A stretch of 26,580 bases of DNA from a virus. Its lineage: Duplodnaviria; Caudoviricetes. Below, piece after piece: positions 18,252-26,216 of the stretch. The notes beneath the pieces were generated by a model, which saw nothing but the letters and a program-made list of their open reading frames with translations, was not told the DNA's origin and did no database searches. Position 1 is the first letter of the stretch; each line of letters starts with the position of its first letter. Made by a program: the position numbers and the translations under genes. The stretch lies in IMG/VR virus record IMGVR_UViG_3300048894_000070, positions 1 to 26,580 of that record; one strand, given 5' to 3'.

Positions 18252-19733
18252 TTATTCACCGTCGTCCTCCGTGGTTTCCTCGGGGAACTTTTCACTCGGG
18301 GCTGAGTCGGGCGGCTGATGATCGGGGAACAAGCTCACGATGGTCGCGGACTCGGTCGGCGGTCGCGGGCTCGGCGTGAGCACGAAATAGGTCCGTTCCT
18401 TGCGATCGGGATCGCGGCGTTTTTCCTTGAACAGGACCTTCTCGTGTTCCCAGGTTCGCAGGACGGCGTTGATCCATTTGACGTCGCCCTGGCTGGTGAC
18501 GCTGCGGCCGAAGCGCCGGGCGAGCTCGAGGCCGAGCCATTCGGGCGAGCGGCTGTCGGCGCGATAGGCGCGCTCGCGCAAAAGGCCTTGCACCCAATCG
18601 ATGTCGGCAACTGAAAGTTTGGCGAAGACCTTTGGAAATTCCCAAGGCTCGACGGTGCCGACGTGATCGCCGTTGGCGATCTCGACCGACACCAGATGAA
18701 GCCATCGGGCCTTTTGCGGCGGGGCCATATTGTTCTTGCCGGAGTCGATGCGCAGATAAAACGATCGCCGTTCTGGCTCGATCTGCGCCTGCTCGGCCTC
18801 GATCGCCGTCATGACGTTGAGCACCCGGCAGGACCGCACGGCATTGACGATCGCGCCGGCACCGCGGGCGTCGTGAACTGTTAGTTCGCCCTGGCCTGCG
18901 CTCGGCTTACGGACGTGGTGAGTTAGCTCGATGCAGCAGCGCCGCCTGGCGCAGATCTCGCCGAGCCGCTTGACCAGCGCATCCATCGCCGCGGTGTCGT
19001 TCTCGGGTAAGTAATGAAACGAGATGAACGGATCGAAGGTAACGACGTCGATGGCGTTGGCTTCGATCGTTGCCTCGAAAGCGGCGAGCGCCGGCTCGTC
19101 GAACGCCGGGCCGTTCTTGCCCATGCGCGCGATCTTGAGCGGGAAGGTCATTTTGTCGTCGATAAACAGGCGGTCGCCGATGTCGATGCCGTGGTGCTGC
19201 ACGTACGCAGCAATGCGACGGTCGAGTTCTTCGCGATCGTCCTCGGCGCTGATATACCAGACGCGCAGCCCGGCCTTGACCATTTCAAGCGTCTCGGCGA
19301 TCGCCAGCGAGGTCTTGCCGAAGCCGCCGGGCGCAACGGTCGCGGTGACATTGCCACGCATGTAATGGCGCGCGTGTAACCACTGGCGGATCGGTATCGA
19401 TGCAGGGTTGGGCACGATGTAGAGCGTCGCCGTGATCGCCGGCTTGCCAGGCGCATCGTGGTCTTTGCCGTTCGGTTTCTTGTGCTCGAACGCGCGGGCG
19501 ATGATGTCCTGTATTTCCTCCTCGCCCTTCGCCTCGAGGAGCCCGAAGGCGTCGGCGATCTTGCGCAGTTCGTCGACGGCGTCGGGCTTGGCGAACCCTT
19601 TGGCGCAGTAACCAGCGATGTCGATCGCGGCGTGCTCGAACAGCGTTATTCGCGCCGGCACGTCCGCGCCGCTCGACATGATGCGGTGCCACGACTGAAT
19701 GCCTTGGGCGAAGATGCCGTGCGGGTCGTTCAC
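18252..19733 (-). CDS. AAA_25/RepA-like replicative helicase
   Basis: Walker A APGGFGKT, YISAED, Walker B VVTFDP, END, HHVRK, ARGAGA, KNN. GTG start with GAGGAGGAG RBS. Confidence 0.9.
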   Translation of the reverse strand: MNDPHGIFAQGIQSWHRIMSSGADVPARITLFEHAAIDIAGYCAKGFAKPDAVDELRKIADAFGLLEAKGEEEIQDIIARAFEHKKPNGKDHDAPGKPAITATLYIVPNPASIPIRQWLHARHYMRGNVTATVAPGGFGKTSLAIAETLEMVKAGLRVWYISAEDDREELDRRIAAYVQHHGIDIGDRLFIDDKMTFPLKIARMGKNGPAFDEPALAAFEATIEANAIDVVTFDPFISFHYLPENDTAAMDALVKRLGEICARRRCCIELTHHVRKPSAGQGELTVHDARGAGAIVNAVRSCRVLNVMTAIEAEQAQIEPERRSFYLRIDSGKNNMAPPQKARWLHLVSVEIANGDHVGTVEPWEFPKVFAKLSVADIDWVQGLLRERAYRADSRSPEWLGLELARRFGRSVTSQGDVKWINAVLRTWEHEKVLFKEKRRDPDRKERTYFVLTPSPRPPTESATIVSLFPDHQPPDSAPSEKFPEETTEDDGE

Positions 19734-19948
19734 GCCGTCTCCTCCTCGATCATGAGGTGCTTGAATGCGTTGGTGATGATCGCGAAGGCGCAGTCGGCTC
19801 CAATGAGATCGGGCAAGTCTTGCTGATCGGCATACTCGAACAGCGGGCCCATGGCTTCGTCGAGGCTGTCGATCTCGCCCGCGGCGAGCAGGATCGCACG
19901 CGCTTCCGCGCGCGCCTGCAACACCGGCAATGGCGAGACCGTGGTCAT
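19730..19948 (-). CDS. Small helical hypothetical protein (72 aa)
   Basis: MTTVSPLPVLQARAEARA...; coupled by ATGA/GTGA overlaps on both sides. Confidence 0.75.
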   Translation of the reverse strand: MTTVSPLPVLQARAEARAILLAAGEIDSLDEAMGPLFEYADQQDLPDLIGADCAFAIITNAFKHLMIEEETA

Positions 19949-20241
19949 GCCGCGTCCTGGGTTTTCTTCGATCTGCTGACAATCCACATCCGACGATCGA
20001 AGGTTTTGATCTTCGTGTCGGTTTCTTCGAGGATGTCGTTGATTTGCGCGATGTGCATGCGGATGGTGGTCAGCACGCGCTTCTGGTCGCCATAGACCGC
20101 ATGCATTATTTCGCGCGCCGTGATGCCCATCTCGCCGGCTGCATGGATAGTGTCGAAGATCTGCGCCTTGAGCATCGGCAGGCGCACGCCGGCACGGACC
20201 TCGCCGACCGGCTGGCGGCAGAGTGGGCAGCACGCAGGCAT
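19945..20241 (-). CDS. Winged-helix DNA-binding protein (OmpR-C-like) with N-terminal CxxC
   Basis: CPLC; IFDTI...ITAREIMHAVYG...TIRMHIAQINDIL. Confidence 0.72.
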   Translation of the reverse strand: MPACCPLCRQPVGEVRAGVRLPMLKAQIFDTIHAAGEMGITAREIMHAVYGDQKRVLTTIRMHIAQINDILEETDTKIKTFDRRMWIVSRSKKTQDAA

Positions 20242-20561
20242 CAGCTTTGTTTCCTTCTATCGTCAGCGAAGTGATCGGCGGGCCGGTGCTTGGCGCAGTA
20301 CCAGCCGAAGCGCCCGGCGGCGTCGCCAGCGTAGTAAAACTCACCGGGCGCGCCGCAATGGCAGCGGTCGGCGCCGCCGGCCAGGATCTCCTTGCGGGCC
20401 GCCGGCTTGATCACGAGGCGATCGTCGCGCATGGCCGCCTTCCAGGCCTCGACCTCGCGTTGGTATTGTTTCCAAGCCTTATCCGGCACCGACGCGAACC
20501 CGCCGTGCTTGGCGACGAGCGCGTGCAGGTCGGGCGGCAGTTTGAGGCGGCGCTCGGTCAT
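20241..20561 (-). CDS. Hypothetical protein with C-terminal CxC...CxxH Zn-finger-like motif
   Basis: ATG 20561 (MTERRLKLPPDL); CHCG...WYCAKH. Confidence 0.68.
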   Translation of the reverse strand: MTERRLKLPPDLHALVAKHGGFASVPDKAWKQYQREVEAWKAAMRDDRLVIKPAARKEILAGGADRCHCGAPGEFYYAGDAAGRFGWYCAKHRPADHFADDRRKQS

Positions 20562-20565
20562 GGCC

Positions 20566-21003
20566 TCACGCAACGTGCCGAGTGCGGCCCCACGCTTCCA
20601 ATGCGTCGGCGTGTTTTTGCTTTGCTTCGGCTTCAGCGCGAAGGCGGGCGACGTTGTAACCAATATCGACGTCCGTCATGTGCTCGCGCAGCACGTATTC
20701 CGGCTCGTTCTTGTCTTTTGAATGCGCCGCCGGATAGCGCCATTGCAGGCCAGTAAACAGTTCGCGCTGTCCGGTAACGTCGTCCTCCTGGTCGTCTTCA
20801 AACAACTTTCGGCATTGCGCGCGGGCGATCTGTCGCAACTGCAGATGACAGCCGAGGCAAACCAATTCGACCGAGCGCCGCGAAGGGTCGAGCTCGCGCA
20901 ACGCCTCGGTGGCAATCCACGACGGGTTGATCCGAACTTGGCTGCGCCGAACGTCGATGATGCGAGCAACGATTTCAACAAGCCGACTTTCTTCTCTCGT
21001 CAT
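20566..21003 (-). CDS. Hypothetical phage protein (145 aa)
   Basis: ATGA overlap with the upstream gene; LQWRYP...YVLRE...NVARLR...HADALE. Confidence 0.78.
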   Translation of the reverse strand: MTREESRLVEIVARIIDVRRSQVRINPSWIATEALRELDPSRRSVELVCLGCHLQLRQIARAQCRKLFEDDQEDDVTGQRELFTGLQWRYPAAHSKDKNEPEYVLREHMTDVDIGYNVARLRAEAEAKQKHADALEAWGRTRHVA

Positions 21004-21602
21004 TGCACTGCTCCGATACGCTTGAGCCACGCCGCAACCCGCGGCGCGAGGGTGTGAACGTCGTCCTTCATTTCGTCAGTCATCGTGGCCATTACTTCGC
21101 CCGGCTCCTGATCGAGCAGCCCGTGGCGCTCGAAGTCGCGCAGGCGACCCCAAAGCCAAAGCGCATCATCCGAAACCGGATCACGCACTGGCTCGGCCGC
21201 TTCCTTGGCGATGCGCAGAATTCCCTTGGTCGTCGGCGGCTTCACGCTTTCTCCGATTGCGAGATCGAAGTCGCGTTGCTTCATCTCGCCGAGCTTCTGC
21301 CACTGCGAGGATTGGTCTTTGGTGATGCCTAACTCTTCAAGCGTCGGAGGATCGGTCGTGCTGGTCGACCGAACTCCATTTGGCCCAGGCTTCGCCTTCG
21401 GCATCTTGCTGATGATCTGACCGGCCTTGCGCTCGGCGCGCAGCCGGATTTCAGCAGCCCGCCGTTCGGCATCGGTGTTCTGGGCCTGCCGCGCATAGTG
21501 TTCGAGCCGGGCCGCTTGGTCGCGAATGTCCTTCACTTCGTCGACGTTGTGTGCCGCATCGATTGCGCGACACATTGCGTCATAGCGGACCAGTGCGCTC
21601 AC
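21000..21602 (-). CDS. Phage protein with the helical domain often seen N-terminal to phage DNA methyltransferases; no catalytic domain
   Basis: RYDAMCRAI...VDEVKDIRD...AAEIRLRAERKAG...TLEELGITKDQSSQWQKL. GTG start with GGAG RBS. Confidence 0.72.
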   Translation of the reverse strand: MSALVRYDAMCRAIDAAHNVDEVKDIRDQAARLEHYARQAQNTDAERRAAEIRLRAERKAGQIISKMPKAKPGPNGVRSTSTTDPPTLEELGITKDQSSQWQKLGEMKQRDFDLAIGESVKPPTTKGILRIAKEAAEPVRDPVSDDALWLWGRLRDFERHGLLDQEPGEVMATMTDEMKDDVHTLAPRVAAWLKRIGAVQ

Positions 21603-22132
21603 AACGCCACTCCCCTTTGGAACAATGGGGAGACCCGGATCCCGTGCGTCGGATCGATCTGCGCGCAGGCGTAAGACCACAGCGCGCAGGCATCGCCGGC
21701 GTCGTCGTCGGCGACCGCCCAGCCGAGCCGCGCGCATGTCCGCAGGACCTCGGCCTTGGCCGCAGCGCGCTTGAGCTTGCGCGTGCTGATGAAATGCGAC
21801 CGCACGTCGGCGACGTCGGCTTCGGAGACGCGCTTGATCCCGCGGCACTGCGCGACCGCGAGCATCACGCCGCGCAGGCCGGCGAGCCGGTCACGGGTGG
21901 CACGCTGCGTCTCGCCCTTCATGGCGCCGCCGGGAAGGAGCGCCTCGAGGATGACCCAATCGGGCCGCGGGCGCGGTTCGAGCAGCTCGGACAGCCAGGA
22001 CAGCGCCGCCGCAAACACGGCGCGGTCATTGCCGCCGCCGCCGAACGCGACCGAGCCCGAGCTCGGCACGGCGCCAACCTCGCCACGGGCGAAGCCGCAT
22101 CGCGTCGCCACATCAAGCGCAAGAATCAGCAT
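21599..22132 (-). CDS. RuvC-like Holliday junction resolvase
   Basis: LILALDVATRCGFA, VILE, KAEV, DDDAGDACAL acidic motifs; GAGGAGGAGG RBS. Confidence 0.82.
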   Translation of the reverse strand: MLILALDVATRCGFARGEVGAVPSSGSVAFGGGGNDRAVFAAALSWLSELLEPRPRPDWVILEALLPGGAMKGETQRATRDRLAGLRGVMLAVAQCRGIKRVSEADVADVRSHFISTRKLKRAAAKAEVLRTCARLGWAVADDDAGDACALWSYACAQIDPTHGIRVSPLFQRGVAL

Positions 22133-22334
22133 CCGCCTCCTCCTCGCTCGTGTGGCAAAGCTGGTGATGGGGTTCGCAGTAAGACGAACCGTCGCGCTTA
22201 GGCTCATCGCAGCCCGGAAACCGGCACTGGTCCCAGCGCAGGCTCACAAGCGGCGGGAGCGCGATCGATCGGCGGCCAAGTCGGCGGACGGTGATGCGCC
22301 GGCCGGCAACGGCCCGCGGCCGATGCGGCGACAT
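22113..22334 (-). CDS. Short GcrA C-terminal-like Cys/His protein
   Basis: LVSLRWDQCRFP...GSSYCEPHHQLC resembles GcrA LxxL...CRWP...GSPYCxxH. Confidence 0.6.
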   Translation of the reverse strand: MSPHRPRAVAGRRITVRRLGRRSIALPPLVSLRWDQCRFPGCDEPKRDGSSYCEPHHQLCHTSEEEADADSCA

Positions 22335-22712
22335 TTACCCGCCCATGAGGCTGTCGAGATTGGCCTCGCGCTTGCCGCGGCGCTTCTTGACCGCCGCCTC
22401 GCCGAGCGGTGTGTCAGCGAGCGAACCGAGCGCCTCGAGCATCATCTCGAAGGTTTCCGCATCGTCGCCTTCGAGCGCGGCGATCTTGCGCTCGATCCGC
22501 CGCTCGCTTCTGTGCTTCGCAAGCACGGTCCGGAACGCGACCATGCTGTGGCCGGCCTCGCGGACCGCGATCATGATCTCTTTGAGTTGCTCGCGCGGGC
22601 CCTGGCAGTCCCGCATGTAGCTCCCCTTGAGCGACATGAGCTCGTCGTCTTGCGCATCGATCCGATCGAGATACCCTTTGAGAGCTGTAGCGTCGAAGCC
22701 GTTTGATAGCAT
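22335..22712 (-). CDS. GapR/DUF2312-like DNA-binding protein
   Basis: LKGYLDRID...LKEIM..VREAGHS..AFRTVL...MLEALG.LADTPLG.AA. Confidence 0.65.
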   Translation of the reverse strand: MLSNGFDATALKGYLDRIDAQDDELMSLKGSYMRDCQGPREQLKEIMIAVREAGHSMVAFRTVLAKHRSERRIERKIAALEGDDAETFEMMLEALGSLADTPLGEAAVKKRRGKREANLDSLMGG

Positions 22713-23280
22713 GTCCGTACCTTTCTCACGCGCACGCTCACCGACCGGAAAGGCCGGGCGAATTGAGCAGGAAAATGTGTGGCGGGAGAGGACGTTAGTG
22801 GACACGCAGCCTTTCACCGATCGGCGGGCCGCGCAAGGGCGCACTCGCGCCGAGTTTTAGTTCGATGGAAGGTTTATGGAAGGTTTTTCAAAATTCGCCT
22901 GAAAATCCAAACCCCAAAAAAATCGCCCGGCCATCCCCAATGTGTTAGTTCGCAAATCGCATTTGACGAGCCGCAAAAGCTGCGTTTCACTATCATCACT
23001 CAATGACGCTTAAAGACAATCAAAGACACGCAGGCGGGACTAAATCCGCCGCGGACGGGGAATGGTGTGCGTAGTCCTCACACGAATTCAATCAGTTACG
23101 CGCGCCTCGATGGCGGCAAGCTCCTCGGCGGGAGCGGACGCGCCGCTACGAGAGGCGGGGCGGTTCAAGCTCGGGCCGCCTCGTCCTCGCAGGGGAAAGG
23201 CGGCCTTCGCAACCGGTCTCGCGTTAGGCGCGGATCGCCTTTCCCCAATTCACCCATTCGCTGATGAGGGTACGTCACCG
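22713..23280. promoter_or_regulatory. Divergent control region
   Basis: Separates the leftward and rightward operons. AT-rich core ~22855-23030, ATGGAAGGTTT x2 (22865-22886), dyad CAAAT-cgc-ATTTG (22953-22965), AAAGACA x2. Confidence 0.65.
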
Positions 23281-24180
23281 ATGACCGAAAGACGCGGCAT
23301 TTATTTCAATCTGCCGGAGGATGAGTATCACGACGATCCCGCGCTGGGCTCGACCGACGTCAAGCGCTTGCTTGCGTCCGGCGCCGATTATTGGTGGCTC
23401 TCATCACTCAACCCGAACCGGCCGGAACACCGATCGTCGCCGTCGCTGGAGTTCGGCCGGGCACTCCACAAGCATGTGCTCGAGGGCCGCCAGGCATTCA
23501 CCTCGCTCTATGTGCGCCGGCCAGATGACCTGGCCCGGCTCGACTCCAAAGCCAAGGCCATGCTCTGCCCGAACGGCGAGACGGTGCTCGACGGTGACGA
23601 TTACGACCGCATCGTCGTCTCGGCCGCGCTGATCGCACAGAACCCGGATCTCGCGGCGGCGTTCGAAGGCGGGATGCCCGAAGTGAGCATGTTCTGGGAC
23701 CACGACGGCATCCATTGCAAACTGCGCTTCGATTACCTCAAGGTCCGCGGGATCGGAGACCTCAAGTCCATCCGCAACTATATGGGCCGGCCGTTTCGCG
23801 AAGCCTGCATGCGCGCCATCGTCGATTATCGATATGATGTTCAGGCCGCACATTATCTCGAGGGCCGGGGCCACCTCGCCGGCTTCGTCGCCGACGGCCT
23901 GGTGTTTGGCGATCACGATCCGAACTGGCTCAAGCGCGTCGCCTCCGCGGAGGCCTTCGCCTTTCAGTGGGTATTTTTTCAGGCTGAGAATGCACCGATC
24001 ACCTGGTCGTGCTCGCTCTCGCCAGGCAATCCCATTCTCAGTATCGCCGAGCGCGATCGCGCCAAGGGGTTCGAAACCTACCGTGAATTCCGCGACGCAT
24101 TCCCCGCCGACGAAATGTGGCTGCTGAAAGAGCCCGTCACCGAACTTGATATCAACGACATGCCGAGGTGGTTCTCATGA
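23281..24180 (+). CDS. PD-(D/E)XK exonuclease, RecE/ExoVIII (DUF3799)-like
   Basis: YH.DPALGST, FGRALH..VLE, EVSMFW, CKLRFDYL, DLKS, YDVQAAHY. ATG 23281 with GAGG RBS. Confidence 0.9.
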   Translation: MTERRGIYFNLPEDEYHDDPALGSTDVKRLLASGADYWWLSSLNPNRPEHRSSPSLEFGRALHKHVLEGRQAFTSLYVRRPDDLARLDSKAKAMLCPNGETVLDGDDYDRIVVSAALIAQNPDLAAAFEGGMPEVSMFWDHDGIHCKLRFDYLKVRGIGDLKSIRNYMGRPFREACMRAIVDYRYDVQAAHYLEGRGHLAGFVADGLVFGDHDPNWLKRVASAEAFAFQWVFFQAENAPITWSCSLSPGNPILSIAERDRAKGFETYREFRDAFPADEMWLLKEPVTELDINDMPRWFS

Positions 24181-25067
24181 CAAAATTCGAAATCATCGAC
24201 GAAGACACTGGCGAGATCACTGCCGCTCCAATGATCGTCGCCGAAACAGGCATGGTGACCGCGCTGACTCGTGCCGAGCTCGATACGCAGATCGCAACGG
24301 CGAGAGCGTATCCGCGATCGATCACGCATGTGCGGGACGAAATCTTGTCGCTCGCTACGCTCGATGAACAGACGGCAGCCGAGTGCATGTATGCCCTTCC
24401 TCGCGCCGGCAAGCCGATCCGGGGCGGATCTATTCGCCTCGCCGAAATTTGCCATCAGACGTATGGCAATTGCCGGGCCGAGGCGCGCGTCGTTGCGATC
24501 GATCGCCAGAATAAGGTGATCATTGCCGAAGCCACGTTCCACGATTTGCAGAGGAACTCGGCGATCCGCACGACCGAACAGCGCCGGATCGCAGATAAGA
24601 GGGGCCGGCTTTTCAATGACGATATGATCGTTATGACGGGCAAAGCTGCCTGCGCGATCGCGAAGCGCAATGCCATTTTTGCCGGCATTCCGAAAGGGCT
24701 TTGGCGCGCAGCTCTTGAAGCGGCCGAGCGCGTCGTTGCCGGCGATATCAAGACACTCGCGACTCGCCGAGACGGCGCGGTCAAGGCATTTGCGGTCTTC
24801 GGCGTCAAACCGGAGCAGATTTTTGCCGCGCTCGGTGTCGAGGGCCTCGACGATATTACGCTGGAACACATCCCAACGCTGCTAGGGATGCATTCGGCAA
24901 TCAAGAGCGGCGAGGAGACGGTCGAGACTATGTTCGACCCGCGGCGCACCGGATCGGCCGCGTTCGATGCCGTGCAGAACCCATTGAAGGACGATGCCGC
25001 GCCCGAACAAACCGGCAGAGAGAATGAGGCGACAGGTGGCAAGCAGCCGAATGGAGGAAGTGAATGA
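24177..25067 (+). CDS. Putative single-strand annealing protein/recombinase partner of the exonuclease
   Basis: ATGA-coupled to the RecE-like gene; ELDTQIATARAYPR, YALPRAGKPIRGGSIRLAE, AKRNAI; acidic disordered tail. Confidence 0.65.
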   Translation: MTKFEIIDEDTGEITAAPMIVAETGMVTALTRAELDTQIATARAYPRSITHVRDEILSLATLDEQTAAECMYALPRAGKPIRGGSIRLAEICHQTYGNCRAEARVVAIDRQNKVIIAEATFHDLQRNSAIRTTEQRRIADKRGRLFNDDMIVMTGKAACAIAKRNAIFAGIPKGLWRAALEAAERVVAGDIKTLATRRDGAVKAFAVFGVKPEQIFAALGVEGLDDITLEHIPTLLGMHSAIKSGEETVETMFDPRRTGSAAFDAVQNPLKDDAAPEQTGRENEATGGKQPNGGSE

Positions 25068-25264
25068 GCGAGACGCCGCGGCACGACCGGCAGGATCAGC
25101 AGGACTACGAGCAGCTGCTGATCGGGTTACTGGATCGCGCCCATAATGCGCTCGAGCAATTGCGCGACCGCATCGATTACGCAGACCTCGCTGCAGACCG
25201 CGCCGACCAGGCGATAGGAGAATTGTCTCGTGCGCTCGCGGATCGGAATGCGCTGGAGGAGTAA
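25064..25264 (+). CDS. Hypothetical helical protein (66 aa)
   Basis: GGAGG RBS and ATGA overlap with the upstream gene. Confidence 0.7.
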   Translation: MSETPRHDRQDQQDYEQLLIGLLDRAHNALEQLRDRIDYADLAADRADQAIGELSRALADRNALEE

Positions 25265-25266
25265 AG

Positions 25267-25506
25267 ATGCCGGCGAAAAACAGCAAGGCCGACCCCGGCG
25301 AGCTCGATGCCTACAGCATCCCGGAGTTCTGCCGGCGCCATCAGATCAGCGTGGGGCATTTCTACAACATGCAGCGCGATGGAATCGCGCCGCAGACCAT
25401 GCTCGTCGGCGAGAAGCGGACGCTGATCTCGAAGGAAGCGGCGGCCCGGTGGCGCAAGGATCGCGAGCGAGTTGCAGGAGTTCAAAAGGGAGGAAGTGAA
25501 AGATGA
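25267..25506 (+). CDS. Excisionase/AlpA-like HTH protein
   Basis: AYSIPEFCRRHQIS..HFY....G.AP....VG..TLIS.EAA.RW. Confidence 0.8.
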   Translation: MPAKNSKADPGELDAYSIPEFCRRHQISVGHFYNMQRDGIAPQTMLVGEKRTLISKEAAARWRKDRERVAGVQKGGSER

Positions 25507-26210
25507 CTAATACCGCACTAGCAGACGAGCCACGGCGACGCGGACGAATGTCGGCAAAGGTAGTTAAGCTCGAAACCGCCGCGGCAGGATCGGCCAGACA
25601 ATTGGTCATCCAACCGCCGAAGATGCAGACGGTAAAACTGCGCATCAACGGCACGGCACCTTATGTGCAGCACGCCTTCTCGCAGAAGGCACGCAATACG
25701 ATGATCGAGACCCAGATGCTCGGCGAGCAGTCGCGCAAGGGACGCAAGCGCGATCCGAAGAACTTCGATGCGGTCTATGAAGGCGCGATGCACAAGTCGG
25801 TACAGGGCTGGTGGGGAATTCCGGCGCCAGCGTTCCGCAATGCTATGATCTCTGCTTGCCGCATGTCCGGCTTCAAGATGACGATCGGCAAGCTCTCTAT
25901 CTTCGTCGTCGCCGATGGCTTCGATGCAATCGACGGCACACCGCTGGTGAAAATCACCAAGGGCGCGCCTGTCAGGCATATCGCTCCAGCTCGCAATGCC
26001 GGCGGAACGACCGACATTCGTTGTCGGCCAATGTGGCGCGAGGGATGGGAAGCGACCGTAACCGTTCGTTTCGATCTCGATCAGTTCTCGATCGCCGACG
26101 TCGTCAACCTATTCAGCCGTGCCGGCATGCAGGTCGGTGTCGGCGAGGGCCGGCCGGATTCGCCAAAGTCGGCCGGGCTCGGATGGGGGCTTTGGGAAAT
26201 TGCGAAGTAA
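25503..26210 (+). CDS. Solitary Cas7/RAMP-like protein
   Basis: N-terminal strand VKLRINGTAPYVQH, RAMP-like GIPAPAFRNAMISA, RPMW..WEATVTVRF and C-terminal Gly-rich loop AG..VGVGEGRP....GLGWGLWEI. GGAGG RBS. Confidence 0.75.
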   Translation: MTNTALADEPRRRGRMSAKVVKLETAAAGSARQLVIQPPKMQTVKLRINGTAPYVQHAFSQKARNTMIETQMLGEQSRKGRKRDPKNFDAVYEGAMHKSVQGWWGIPAPAFRNAMISACRMSGFKMTIGKLSIFVVADGFDAIDGTPLVKITKGAPVRHIAPARNAGGTTDIRCRPMWREGWEATVTVRFDLDQFSIADVVNLFSRAGMQVGVGEGRPDSPKSAGLGWGLWEIAK

Positions 26211-26216
26211 CGACGG

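Noticed and set aside
17873-18295. 140-aa minus-strand ORF across the iteron region
   Set aside because: The repeated NWR peptides simply reflect the DNA repeats; better explained as an origin, though coding cannot be excluded.
22860-23030. CtrA (TTAA-N7-TTAA) or alphaproteobacterial LexA (GTTC-N7-GTTC) boxes
   Set aside because: Only half-sites seen; no correctly spaced pair found.
23040-23047. CTAAATCC matches the first four dinucleotides of array unit 4 contiguously; CTgAAaAT near 22899 matches three with gaps
   Set aside because: Matches of 6-8 bases are expected by chance in 26 kb, and neither extends.
23062-23280. N-terminal extension of the exonuclease ORF
   Set aside because: Family-like sequence begins at ATG 23281, which has an RBS; the upstream part is hairpin-rich and more likely a leader.
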